Shown: in pieces, positions 47,750 through 62,429 of the stretch
How positions within the stretch are numbered: the first letter of the stretch is position 1
Layout of the letters: the number at the start of each line of letters is the position of its first letter
NCBI RefSeq assembly: GCF_009914755.1
Contig: NC_060925.1
Direction: 5' to 3' (one strand)
DNA from: the human T2T-CHM13v2.0 reference genome, Homo sapiens
DNA: 64,000 bases
Notes under the pieces: model-generated
Seen by the model: the letters and a program-made list of their open reading frames with translations, nothing else
Database searches by the model: none
Told to the model about the DNA's origin: nothing
Program-made: the position numbers and the translations under genes

Positions 47750-47939
47750 ACCCACGAAGGCAGACATGTGCAGAGCTGCCAGTTACCACCTGTCACGGGA
47801 CCTACGTGGGTGTCAGGAGGCAAGTCCTCTCATGCCCAGGCCCTGTCTCACTGCTGGAGGAAGAGCCCAAAGGACAGGATAAAAGGGCTCAGGGCCAGAG
47901 CACTCCAACCACTCACCTCCTGTGCTGCTTGTGACCTCA
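47750..47939 (+). promoter_or_regulatory. LCE1B: LCE1B core promoter and shortened non-coding exon 1 (~47910-47939)
   Basis: GATAAAA at 47878-47884; donor TCA|GTAAGT at 47940; intron 47940-48982. Confidence 0.82.
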
Positions 47940-49003
47940 GTAAGTGTTCCCTGGGTACTGAAGCAGGGGCTTCCACAAAGGGATGCCTAGATCAGGGCAG
48001 GAGGGGAGGGCAGGCAGAGCCTCCAGGGCTGGGGTGGTGCTGGTATCCATATGAGTGAAGGAGGGAGCCTCAAGAAAACTGAGCAAAGGCAATGGGGACA
48101 GACCAGGGACATGAGAATGAGGAGTCCTGTGATGGTGACTTGGTGTTCTGGAGAAATGAGATGGATCTAGAGTTCTTGGGTCTCTAGTCTGAAGGCATTG
48201 CAACATTGCCTGCCATGTTCACCTGTAACTGCTTTCAGAAAGGGAGATTTACCTTGAAAAATATAATTGTCCTTTCCTGAAAAGATGAGATGGAAACAGT
48301 GGTTCCCAGCCAGTGTAGAGGATATCACAGCTAACTGACTCTCTTAAACTCACATTTAATGGTATTTAACTTGGTGAGACAAGTACGGTAGACAAACAAA
48401 ATATAAGTGCTGAGCATTCAGTACAGGTGTTTGTCTGCTGAAAAATGTCAGAGCACTGGACTAAGTCAGAAACCTGTATACAATTCTCACTTAATTCAAT
48501 GATATTTTTCCTCCAACTTCCTTTGCAGTTCTGAACTTCTATGTCCTTACAACAAGGTAATCTAGAAAATTCTTCCAAGAGAGAATGACTGTTTCCCCTT
48601 GAGAAACAATTTTATTTCCAAACCCCTTTCTAGATTGTTTTCATGATTCAGGTGTGTAGTTGAAGCAGAATGTCTCCTCTACATACTACATGCTTGATTT
48701 TGAGAATACTTTCTTAATATCTTTTGGCTTCGGTTTTCTAATTATAAAATAGTTGAAAATGCTTTATGATTTTATAAGTATATAAAAAGCATTAGGTTCA
48801 AAACAGAGGCTATAAGTGTGTTTAGCCAACTATTAGACACAATGAAACTTCCCGTGATTAATTAGCTACAACTACACTAAGCAGTTCATCAAAATGTAGG
48901 GATTAGAAATGATGCTGAAAGGGCAAGAATAGGCCGGGGTGGCCTCTACCTGGGTCTAACTTGCTGTCTGACTCTCTCTCAGCTCCTGAACACCCGCACC
49001 AAG

Positions 49004-49360
49004 ATGTCCTGCCAGCAGAACCAGCAGCAGTGCCAGCCCCCTCCCAAGTGCATCCCCAAGTGCCCTCCCAAGTGCCTCACCCCTAGATGCCCCCCAAAGT
49101 GTCCCCCTAAGTGTCCTCCAGTCTCTTCCTGCTGCAGTGTCAGCTCCGGAGGCTGCTGTGGCTCCAGCTCTGGGGGAAGCTGTGGCTCCAGCTCTGGGGG
49201 TTGCTGCAGTTCTGGGGGAGGTGGCTGCTGCCTGAGCCACCACAGGCGCCGTAGGTCCCACTGCCACAGACCCCAGAGCTCTGGCTGCTGCAGCCAGCCC
49301 TCCGGGGGCTCCAGCTGCTGTGGAGGAGGGAGTGGCCAGCACTCTGGAGGCTGCTGCTAA
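49004..49360 (+). CDS. LCE1B: Late cornified envelope protein 1B (118 aa)
   Basis: MSCQQNQQQ...[18 protein letters not shown] matches recalled LCE1B; acceptor AG at 48981-48982; TAA stop; AATAAA at 49643-49648. Confidence 0.95.
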   Translation: MSCQQNQQQCQPPPKCIPKCPPKCLTPRCPPKCPPKCPPVSSCCSVSSGGCCGSSSGGSCGSSSGGCCSSGGGGCCLSHHRRRRSHCHRPQSSGCCSQPSGGSSCCGGGSGQHSGGCC

Positions 49361-50194
49361 AGTGGATCCTGAGCCTAGAAGAACACAAATGGCCAAATAT
49401 TTCCCTTCCGTCTTCCTTCTCCTTCTGGGCCTGCCCATGTTGTTGAGAGGTCTTGGTGAGGGCTCAACTCAAGCATAGAGGATTCTTCTGTCTTGGAGTT
49501 CAGAGGCCCAAAACTTCTCCCCCAAAGCCAAGCCATTTAATGACCTCAGTTTGCGTATGTGTGGTTGCTCTGGGAAGCCCAAAGCACAGACCTATATCCC
49601 TTTGCAGCTTGTCTTTTTGCATAGCTCAGCCTGATGTGAAACAATAAAACCAGAAATATGCATTCCTTTTTGCCTTGACTGATTGTTATTTTTTCATTGC
49701 TTTTCATACTCTGTCCTCATCTCCAGGCTCTCCCAAGATGTTAGTATCTACAGACCTTGTTCAAATTTAGCCAATCTTCCTACTAATATCCTTTATAACA
49801 AAAGACAATTTTGTTGGTTCAAAATCCAATCCAGGATCTCCATTGCCTTGACATAGTTGCCATGATTCTTCAGTCTCCTCCAAACCGAAATGGTTCTTCA
49901 GTCTTTCTTTGTCTTCCTTGACATTGACCTTTTTAAAGAACTATTGGTTTTGTAGAATGCCCCTCAATTTGGGTTTCTCTGATGTTTCTTCTTGACCAGG
50001 CTCAGATTACACATTTTTGCAAATATCCTACAAAAGTGATGTTGTCCTTAGAGCATGATATCAAGCCTTACATGATGTCTAATTGTCCCATTCCTGGAGA
50101 TACAACTTTGACCACTTGATCTGCCAGCTTTCTCTATTGCAAATTTAATATTTATTCCTTTGAATTAAAAACTTATGAAGGAGAGAATAGTTAA

Positions 50195-50485
<291 letters not shown>

Positions 50486-51114
50486 TAAACATCTATTTTG
50501 TTTCAAACATTTTCCCAAAACTTTTTTAGTATAATTGATGTTCTTTTACAAAACTGTTATTATTATTATAGTGTTGCTGGTATTGTTGAGTATAGTTTTT
50601 TAAAATATATTTATCTCATACCCTGAGTCTATGTACATATGTAAAGCAAAGAGAGGTGGTGAGGATGGGTCCTGAGCAAAATCAGCAATGTCCTGCAACA
50701 CAACTACTTGAAGGAAGGCCATTACAATTTCTTCTTGTTGAACTCTTATTATATCTAATTTCCTGTGATGACCATCCTTATCCATTTATCTCTCCTACAT
50801 TATAACTCTACTTTCAGGTAAATTCCTATAACACAATGTTTTTGTGTAAAAAGATTTGCTTATTATAAATTTAAACTCATTACACCTCAATAAGTATCAA
50901 ATTGCTATCCAGAATTGTTATGCCAATTCACATTGCCATCTCAAAATATGTTTATTACCAACTGTCACATACTATTTTGTTAGTCATTAAAATAATTGTC
51001 ATTTTGAAATAAGTAAATAAATCTGTTAGTCTCCTTTCTCAAATTCAAGATATTTCTTTTTTATTTTGTTTGCATTTGTTTGAATATCAGTAAAGTTGAA
51101 CATGTTTTTTGAAA

Positions 51115-51416
<302 letters not shown>

Positions 51417-51706
51417 TTTTTGAATTTTATTTGCCATTGTATTTGCAAAAATATGTACATATGTGATGGTTAATTTTATGTGTCAACTTGGCTAGGCTAT
51501 GGTTCCTAGATCTTGCTCTAGCACCATTCACCAGTCTAAATGTTGTTGTGAACATGTTTTTTTTTTAGATGCGACTAATATTTAAATCAGCAGAGTTTGA
51601 GTAAAGCAGATTGCCCTCCATAATATGGGCAGGCCTCAACCAATCAGTCAAAGGTCTTAAGAGAAAAGACTGATATCCAGAGACGGAAAAAATATTCTGC
51701 CTCCAG

Positions 51707-52330
51707 GAACAAGGAATGCTTATACACTCTTGGTGGGAGTGTAAATTAGTTCTGCCATTGTGGAACACAGTGTGGCAATTTCTCAAAGACCAGCAATTAC
51801 CATTCAACCCGGCCATCCCATTGCTATGTACATACCCAAAGAAACATAAACTATTCCATTATAAAAACACATGCACATGTATGTTCATTGCAACACTACT
51901 CACAATAGCAAAGACACGGAATCATCCTAAATGTCCATCAATGATAGACTGGATTAAGAAAATGTGGTGCCTATATACCATGGAATACTATGCAGCTGTA
52001 AAAAAGGATGAGATCATGTCCTTTGCAGGGACATGGATGGAGCTGGAGGCCATTATCCTTAGCAAACTAACACAGGAACAGAAAAACAAACACTGCATGT
52101 TCTCACTTATAAGTGGGAGCTAAATGATGAGAACACGTGGACACATAGAGGGCCTGTCAGAGGGTGGAGGGTGGGAGAAGGGAGAGGATCAGGAAAAATA
52201 ACTGGTGGGTATTAGGCTTAGTACCTTGGTGATGAAATAATCTGTACAACAAACCCCCATGGCGTAAGTGTACCTATGTAACAAACCTGCACTTGTACCC
52301 CTAAACTGAAAATAAAAAGTTAAAACAAAA
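51707..52330 (+). mobile_element. 5'-truncated L1PA 3' end inserted in the MLT2 LTR
   Basis: ORF 51716-52123 is the ORF2p C-terminus (WIKKMW.LYTMEYYAAVKKDEIMSFAGTWMELE), followed by 3'UTR and aataaa. Confidence 0.92.
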
Positions 52331-53012
52331 TCTGCCCTCAGAATGATTTTGGACTTGAGACTGCAACATCAGCTCTCCCCTGAATCTGCATCCTGCCATC
52401 CTTCCTTACAAATTTTGGTTTTTCCATCCCTGATAGTCACTTGAACCAATGCTGCAAAATAGTCCTCTTTCTCTCTTTCTTGCTCACACTTACTTTACCA
52501 AAACATAACAGAATCTAAAGGAATAGAATCTTAAGGACAAGTTTTCTGAATGAGTTCTGGGATTTCTGGAATTTGTTTTCTAGCCTAACTAGATTTAAAT
52601 GCACTAATGAACCCTATTTCCCATAGTGAAGAGAACACTGATAGTAAATGTGGCTATAGGGATTTGCAAAATATCACTATTGGATGTTTCTAATCAAATG
52701 CTTATAAGAGACAAGGTTTTGAGTGGCTATGGATTTGCTACCTGTGAATACTTTTGTCAAACTAATGAATATAAAGAGATTGGCTGGTTTCTCCTCATTG
52801 TGTTAAGTGAGATGGGAGAAGAAAATGATGAGGTCCAGGATTTGAATCCTCAGTTTGTGCACCACATAAATAACCATGCAGCACATAAATAACCTGAAAG
52901 TTTCTATGTCTATTCTGAAAGAAACCCTTATCTTCTGTAGTCTCAGAGCTGAGACTGCTAAAAACTAAACCCAAAATCTTTTCAGTGAATGACTGAATTA
53001 CAATGCCAATTA

Positions 53013-53544
<532 letters not shown>

Positions 53545-54137
53545 CTAAGAAAACTGTAATGGGCTCCTGTGAGGCAGTTGCCTTGAAAGACAATGATGAT
53601 TCTTCTCAGGACCCCTCCCTATCACCTCATTTTGCTTCTAGAGTGAAGTCCCAGCAGGTCCCCAATGGTGAGGTACAACATGTGACCCATGACAAGGGAG
53701 CACTACACTCCAAAAGAACTACAGTGTTTACAGACAGACATTTAGGGAATACATGTGGGAATGGATATTAAGAGTGTGGAACAATTGTGGAAAGAATAAA
53801 AGATTGGATGAGGCTGAACTGATTGCAGAGATTCTAGGCAATGTTACAGTTCGGGGAGTAAGAAAAGGCCCTAAGAGTTTGTTTGGTTGGCTGGTCAAAA
53901 CATGGACTGAAAGGTGGCCTAGTGTGTGTGACCTAGAAATGACAGGCCTGCCTTGCTTTGCTGCAGAGGAAGAGATTCAGAGCATTAGGGAGATTGGAAT
54001 ATTAGAATGAATTTGTCATGAAATGACAAATCACCCACCGTGGAAGGTCCAAATGATTCACCTTTCATCACAATTGTGAAACATATGTTTGTGAGGCGAG
54101 GCTCAGCATCCTTGAAGAGCTCTAAAAAGCTTAGATT

Positions 54138-54795
<658 letters not shown>

Positions 54796-55202
54796 CTGAA
54801 TTATTACAAGCCTAGCCAGGGGGTGACTCCATTTACAGATGTACTAGATGTGGTATTTCCTTGAGCAAATTAGCATATCCCCTATTATGCAGCTATTGAT
54901 CTGGATTTTTTTTCTTCTTACCTATTAGTAATGACTACCAGAATCAGGTTGTTTTCAGCTGGCAAGGGCAGCAATACAACTTCACTGTCTTACCTGCCAC
55001 CATGGCCACTTTGTTCATGAGCTCATTGGGAAATGACAGGAGAGGCTGGGCAAAGAGTCTGACTGGTATCCACAGAATAGGTTATCCTATCCACTTATTT
55101 ATTAAAGTCTCTGCTAAGGTTATTGTTTAGTAAACATTCATATGGAACACAAATATCTTACATTTTTTGCTCATTTAAAGAGCTCTCTGCACATACCCCT
55201 TC

Positions 55203-56004
55203 CCCTATTCTCCTTGAGTAGCTATTGTTCTCCTCACCCTGTCCTCTGCAGGTGGTGGCCTTGGAACTTCAGGGGCCAGTGGGACACACTGGCTTGAATT
55301 GGGGTCAATGAGGGCAGGAGTGGGAAGGGACTTCCAACGCTGTTTGTCCTATGTCAATTGGCCTGAAGCAGCATTGCTTGTGACCAAGTCTGAAATGTCT
55401 TTTGTAAACACAGCTTCTTTGCCTCTGGTCCCCTTCAAGGCCCTGACTGGTCTCTCCATGCTCCTCTCCCTCTGTGAGCGCCACCTTCTCCTCCTCACCT
55501 AGCTCCACCCAACATCCTTCCTCCCTCACACATGTATGCACATACACACACATCACATGCAAATACACACACTTCCACACAAGTACAGGTGCACACGCAC
55601 GCATGCACACATGGATGCATGCATATGGAAGAAAAAAGAAAAGAAAAATAGATTAATAAAATAGAAAGCAAAAAACAGAAATATATTTTGAAAATACAGT
55701 TTTCCCACTAACTACTTCTGAAATCAGTTTAGTTCGAGGCATATCTTTGTGTAAAAATTGCACTTGTATTAACCTTCCATTAAATGTCTCTTTCTTCCTC
55801 TTCCATCTCCATTAAATTCTCTGCACTTTTTTCCAGAACACATTCCCTATACCACATGTCTGAAATTGTCACTCTACTTCCTCAAAACAGAGGCTTTCTA
55901 TAGAAAAATGCATGTGCTTCTTAAGTATTACATTTGAGACTCAGCAGGAATTGTTTCCAACTTCTTTTCTAAGGTTTACCATTCATACTTCCCATGACAC
56001 CCCA
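55203..56004 (+). repeat. Inverted paralog of the LCE1C 3' flank (41355-40573)
   Basis: ccctattctccttgagt...gtcctctgcag.tggtggccttggaac...ttccaacttcttttctaag...accattcatac is collinear with the reverse complement of 40573-41355. Confidence 0.88.
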
Positions 56005-56609
56005 TGTTCTTGCCGCACTGAGCAACTCATAACTTACACTTGTATATATTCATCCTTTTTTTTCTGAGAAGCTGTAAGTAGAATTTACTATTCATAGCTC
56101 TGTATCTAGAATACTATAAGTCTTCAATAAAGAGTAGCTTCTCTTGATATTTTATAAGTGTTGCCACTACTACTACTGCTACCCTTAGTATCACTACTAA
56201 CTACTGTAATCATTACTTACTATTACTATTAGCAGCATTACTTGCTATTTCCTCTATCTGAAGTTCCTCCAAATCTCTCCCCACCATCTGGACATTGTGT
56301 AATTCTGTCCCTCTTTTAAGGTTCACCTCAAATGTCATCCTTCTATGAAATCTTATCCGATTGTGTGTTTTCTTAAGCTGGTGGATGTTAAAAAATCTGT
56401 CTACAACCCTCACATTGAGCAAGCTTAGCTTGGAGGATGTAATAAAATTATAGCTTTTTAAAAATTTAAAAATTTTAAAAGTAAAATTGTCCTTAAAATT
56501 TTACTCAGTGGGATGGTTTTCCTTCCTAAATGACAAGTTGAAAGGCCAACTGACTTTACAGCTCTTTCAAAGTAATGCAAAATGATTTGTTACTTGAAAT
56601 CACAAACGT

Positions 56610-57130
56610 GGGCCCAGTGCAGTGGCTCCTGCCTATAATCTCAGCACTTCGGGAGGCCCGAGAGAGAGGATCACTTGAACCTAGGAGTTTGAGACCAGGT
56701 GCGGCAACAAAGCAAGACCCCATTTCTAAAACAAAAAAATTACAAACTTGGTTTCAGTTCAGTAATGAAATATCCAGTCAGAAAAACAATATCAACGCCA
56801 AATTTGACTGGTTGGTTGATTGATTTTTTTTTTTTTTTTTTGAGACAGAGTCTCACTTTGTTGTGCAGGCTGGAGTGCAGTGGTGCAATCATGGCTCGCT
56901 GCAGCCTCAACCTCCTAGGCTCAAGTGATCCTCTCACCTCAGCCTACTGAGTAACTGGGACTACAGATGCACACCACCATGCCAGGCTGATTTTTGTATT
57001 TTTTTTTTTTTTTTAGAGACAGGATTTTGCCTGTTGTCCAGGGTGGTCTCGAACTCCTGGCCTCAAGAGGTCTGCCTGCCTCGGTCTGCCAAAGTGCTGG
57101 GATTACAGGCACAAGCCACTCTCCCCGGCC
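56610..57130. mobile_element. Alu monomer (+, ~56610-56740) and AluJ (-, ~56824-57130)
   Basis: Alu motifs in opposite orientations. Confidence 0.85.
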
Positions 57131-57870
57131 CCAAATTTGACTGAATGGCATATTTGCCCATATCCCTGCTCCAGTGGGCTGGCCCACCATACCAGAGAAA
57201 GGGAGCCTGGTCCTTCTACTCATTCCCCACCTAATGTCTGTCCTTCTCCAGCTTTCTAAATGTATTTTCTGAATGGAGAACAAAGAAGAGGCTCAGTCTG
57301 ACATGTAGGCGCAATATCCTTCTGATACTGGAGCAACCAGGAAGCAGAATCCAATTTCTGACTCCTCCACTCTTGGGCATTTTAGTGTCTCCCCTCTATC
57401 TGTGATGTGAGTGATGCCTCTCCAGGGTGAATTTCTTGAAGTTCAGCCTTGGTTCCAGAATCTTCTCTTAGACAGTGGATAAATGGCTAAGAACAGTTGG
57501 TCTTGACAATGTGATCAACATCTGGTCATAGAAAGCACTCATGCATCATTTGACCCATGCTTGCAGAGGAACTAGAAACTCATCTTTGCTTAGATGACAA
57601 AACTGGTTTCATTTCCTCCATGTTTCCTGAGGGAAGAGTCGGGTCCTCATTCTGTATATCCCCCATATCAGGGACTCACCTGCAGGCTCCTCCCAGGGAA
57701 AGGACAAAGAGGGCAGGATCCTAAGCTTCTAGTCCTAGGAAATTCTCTTTCTTCCTTTTGTTTGCCGGAAATCTAGAGGATTTTTCTTATCCACCACAAG
57801 TCCCATTCTGATAAAATACTTATCTGTAACTTTCACATAATTAAACCCCAAACCTTGAGACTGGTGCAAA

Positions 57871-58045
57871 TTAAAAAAAAAAAAAAAGAATGTAATAGTA
57901 TATATATATATATATATACACACATATATACACACACACATATATGTATGTATATATACACATATACGTATCTATGTATACACATATGTATGTATACATA
58001 TATATACTATTAAATCTCTCTCTATATATATGTATATATACACAA
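57871..58045. repeat. Poly(A) plus degenerate (TA/CA)n low-complexity tract
   Basis: Read directly. Confidence 0.9.
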
Positions 58046-58049
58046 AGAA

Positions 58050-61000
58050 TTAAAATATGATGATGCAGGTGATGGTTATCAATGGGGAAAAGATGGCTAT
58101 TCAATACCTGGAGTTAGGGAATTTTGATAACTGAAAAAAAAACGTAAACCCTCATTTAGTATTAGATGCCAAGACAAAATCCATGGGATTAAATATTTTG
58201 AGGAAATCGAATTATAAAGAAAGAAGTACTTGTAGCTAAATGTTTATCTTCTCCCAGGATTGAGAAAAACATTCTCAATATAAAAACAATTAAAGAAATT
58301 ATAAAGAAAAATAAGCACAAATACATGCATATTAAATTAAATATTTTGCTAGAGAAGAGGAAAACAAAATTAAGTAAAATAATTTTTTGAAATATTTTAA
58401 TATATATGAAATATAATAGAGTAATACCTTACTATATAAGTATGTGTTAAATTTTACATATGTATAAATTTCTTAAATAAAATATTTTACACAGATACAA
58501 ACTTAAAAGGATTTCCTGGTAAACACTGCATGCATGTATTTTCCACTCATATTGAGAAATAAATAATCATAAATATGATTGAAACCATCCCCTTATATAT
58601 CCCTTCTACCTAGAGATATTCATTATTCTGTATTTTGTGTTTTTCCTTCCTGTGCAATGCATATACTTTCCTGTGCTTATCTATCCTTAACTTATAATTT
58701 ATTTATAAGTTAAAAATGTAACAATTCCTCTGTACTTAACTATACTTTATTTGTACTTAGCTATATTTTATTTATAACTTATTTCTATATTAGTTATAAT
58801 TTGTATTTTTAATTTTCTAAAAGTGATCTACTCCATGACTTTGAGACATTTATCTATGTTGATACAGATGACTCAATTTCATTTTCATTTATTCTCACTA
58901 TTGTATAGCATTCCAGTGTAAGAATATTCATACTTTACTTATGCATTCATCTGAAATTGGGTACTTACCTTGTTTTCACTTTGTACTTTATAAAAAGTGC
59001 TACTTTTTAACATTCTTACACATACTTTGGAACCTTTGCATCCAAGGCATACACTTATGAGAAGAATCAGCATGTTATTCAGTATATCTGCCTTCATCCT
59101 GACTAAATATTGCCAAATTACTCTTCAAAAGTTGTACTAATGTACATTCCCATCAGAGTACATGAAAATTTCTGTTATTCAACATCAATGAGAAGAATAA
59201 ATAGTGAGAATTTTTCACTCTTACCAAGGTGATAGATGTGAAATTATATACCATCATGGTTTTTTCTTGCTTTTCTCTGATTCCTAGCAAGGTTGAAAAG
59301 CTTTTTCAAAAACATATTGGTTATTGGTTATTCAGGTTTTCACTTCTGGAAATCAATTTTCATGTGTTTTTCTCATTTTTCCTTTGGGTCATTGCTTTCT
59401 TCTCACTGATTTGTAGGGTTATTTATTTAGATACTAATTTGTTGTCAATTATATGTGTTGCAAATATCTTTTCATAATCTGTATTTTCATCTTTTGTGAT
59501 GTTTTCTGGTTAAAGAAAATTTAATATAACCAAACTCAAGGGTTTTTGTTTGTTTGTAATGTGTTTGTCTCTGATGTGAACACATGTATATTATTTAGGA
59601 AATCTTTTCCATCAAAAGTCCATAAGGTTATTCTATTAAATCATTTTTGAAAATTTTAAATATATTTCTAAAGTTTTGTTTACTACATTAGATCTTTGAT
59701 TTATGGAATTTATTTTAATTATATGGTGTGAAGTAGAGGCATTTATTTATTGCCCAAATGAATAAACAGTTGGTATGGTATCATTTACTGAACTGATTAC
59801 TCCTAACCCACTTTTCTGTAATCCTGCCTCTGACACATTTCAGGGGTTCATACATGAATGAATGACTTTTAGTTCTTATAACCTGTCACATTGTTCCTTA
59901 ATCAATAAATCACAGTCTGAACGACAATTGCTTTATAATTATTCTTGGTGTTTTGTGAGATAAGTTCCCATGTATTCTTCTTCATGGTTATCCTGTCTAT
60001 TCTGGGCCTCTTGCTGTTTGATTTGAGTCGTAGAATCAGCTCATTAAGTTCCGTTGAACTCTCTCTTGTGGTTTTCATTAGAATTACATGGAATCCACAG
60101 GTTGACTTGCAGAAAATTGACGTTTTTAAGACAATGTTTCTTTCTATTATGGTCTACTTTAATGCGTTTCAATAAAATGTTGTAATTTTTCCATTTATTC
60201 GTCTTTTAGAGATATTTATTCTTAGATGTCTCATATTTTTGTTACTGATATCTATGGTTTTATTTTTAAATAACAATTTCTGATTATTGGTATATATGTG
60301 TTCTATAACATAACAGCTTCAGTCAAGAAATAGCTTTTTATGCCTAAATGTAGAACCACAAAATAATTTTAATTATTGTCACATGTGCCTTTATATGCCT
60401 CTTTCACAATTTAATACCCTAAGTATTAAAATAAGTACTTAGTAGTAAGCGTTTCCAATTTACCTTATTACAATACCATAGTTAACACTTTTGAGTATTT
60501 AGATTTTCACATTTTTATAACAATCTCCACAAAACGAAAGCCTGAAAATTGGAATCTCTAGGTCAAAATATATGTACATTCTACATTTTTAATTATTTGA
60601 ACTCACCAGTAAATAATATCTGAATGAATCAATAACCAGTTTGCCTTTCAGAAAGGTATTCCATCCACAGTAACTTTTCCCTCCCATATCCACCCTTCGT
60701 TTGTAAAATTTTTAAATCTTTGCCTATTTAATATGAATGCATAAATTCCATAGAGAAAAATAAAAGACAATTATTTTTATACATGTATTTTTCACTATAA
60801 ATCTAACATTTTGCGTTGCCTGCTTATCTCTTTTGTCCATTATTTTCATGGAATTTTTTTCTTATTACTTTGTAAAGTATATTTGCATGTCAACAGTGTT
60901 AATCTTATTCCTGAGATATGTGATGTAATTTCCTCTCAATTGGTCACTTCTCTTTCAGGAGTGTTTACATGTTGCTCTTTTCCACATGAAGTTTTTATTC

Positions 61001-61050
61001 AGAAATAAATAAACATCACGTTTTCCTTTTGTAACATGGTTTTGGGAGCC
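58050..61050. mobile_element. Highly diverged L1M fragments
   Basis: AT-rich with residual L1 motifs; partly resembles 16.8-19.4 kb. Confidence 0.5.
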
Positions 61051-61864
61051 ACCAGGCATAAGAAATAATGAACTATCCTTTTCTACTTTAAGAGTGTTAT
61101 TTAATAATGTATGTTATAAAAAAGGATCTAATGGGTGAAAAAAATAACCCATTAACATACTAGGTGCTGATTCCAAAGCATAAAGTACGATACCACTCAG
61201 TATGAAGTTCGAGTGATTCTTTAAAAATTGAACATTTCCAAAAATGTGTTAATTAATAACCAGTTTACAGATGGACATAGAAACAATTAGAAAAAAAGTA
61301 TTGCAGTCATTCCTATAAATTTACAATGTGGGACATAATGCTTTACTTTTGATTTGCCTCATAGCTGCATTCTAGATCTCAGCCATGTCAGCTTCCAAGC
61401 CTTGATAACAGAAGATCTAAAAAGCCAGTCACTTGCTTAATAAAAATTTTATGAAATTTAAGTCACTGACATCATACAATTAAGGCAAGCAGACCAACCT
61501 TTATGAGGTTTCAAACCTGCTGCCAACTTACCATCCAGATCTAAATCAGACTGATTGACATATTGAGTACCACATCACTAGAGGCATGGATCATGTGATC
61601 CCTCAGGCCAAGTATCCTAAGAATCAGTGAGTCTGCTTCTGAGTAAGACTTACCTATGAGCCAAGGTATTGATATCCTGACCACTCCCTTATAACAAAGC
61701 CTTTTGTAACAACCTGAGCAGGAAAAGAAGAGTCACACTCAGGCAACATAGGTACAGATCTCTGCAGGATGACATATCCTCAGCATGTATGTCTGCATGC
61801 TCCAGGTTCTTATGCTGATAGCCTAAGTCATGTGGAATAACTATTCATAAACTCTATAGTGCTA

Positions 61865-62185
<321 letters not shown>

Positions 62186-62429
62186 CTAAGTGGTGGGACA
62201 CATGTGAAAAAGCTAAGAGGCTTCTGTGTTTCTTTGTTCAAACCTGGATGCCTGGAGCTCATAAATTCACATTGCTAGAGGAAGAAGGAGAACATTTGGG
62301 GGACCACATTTCAAGAGCGAGAACTGAGAGGTAGGCACCTCTAAGAGAATAAGGTACCAGGTGGTGGTAGGAATTCACTCCCACCCCATTTCTAAGTCAT
62401 ATTCCACACTAGGAACAGCTCCCCTGAGC

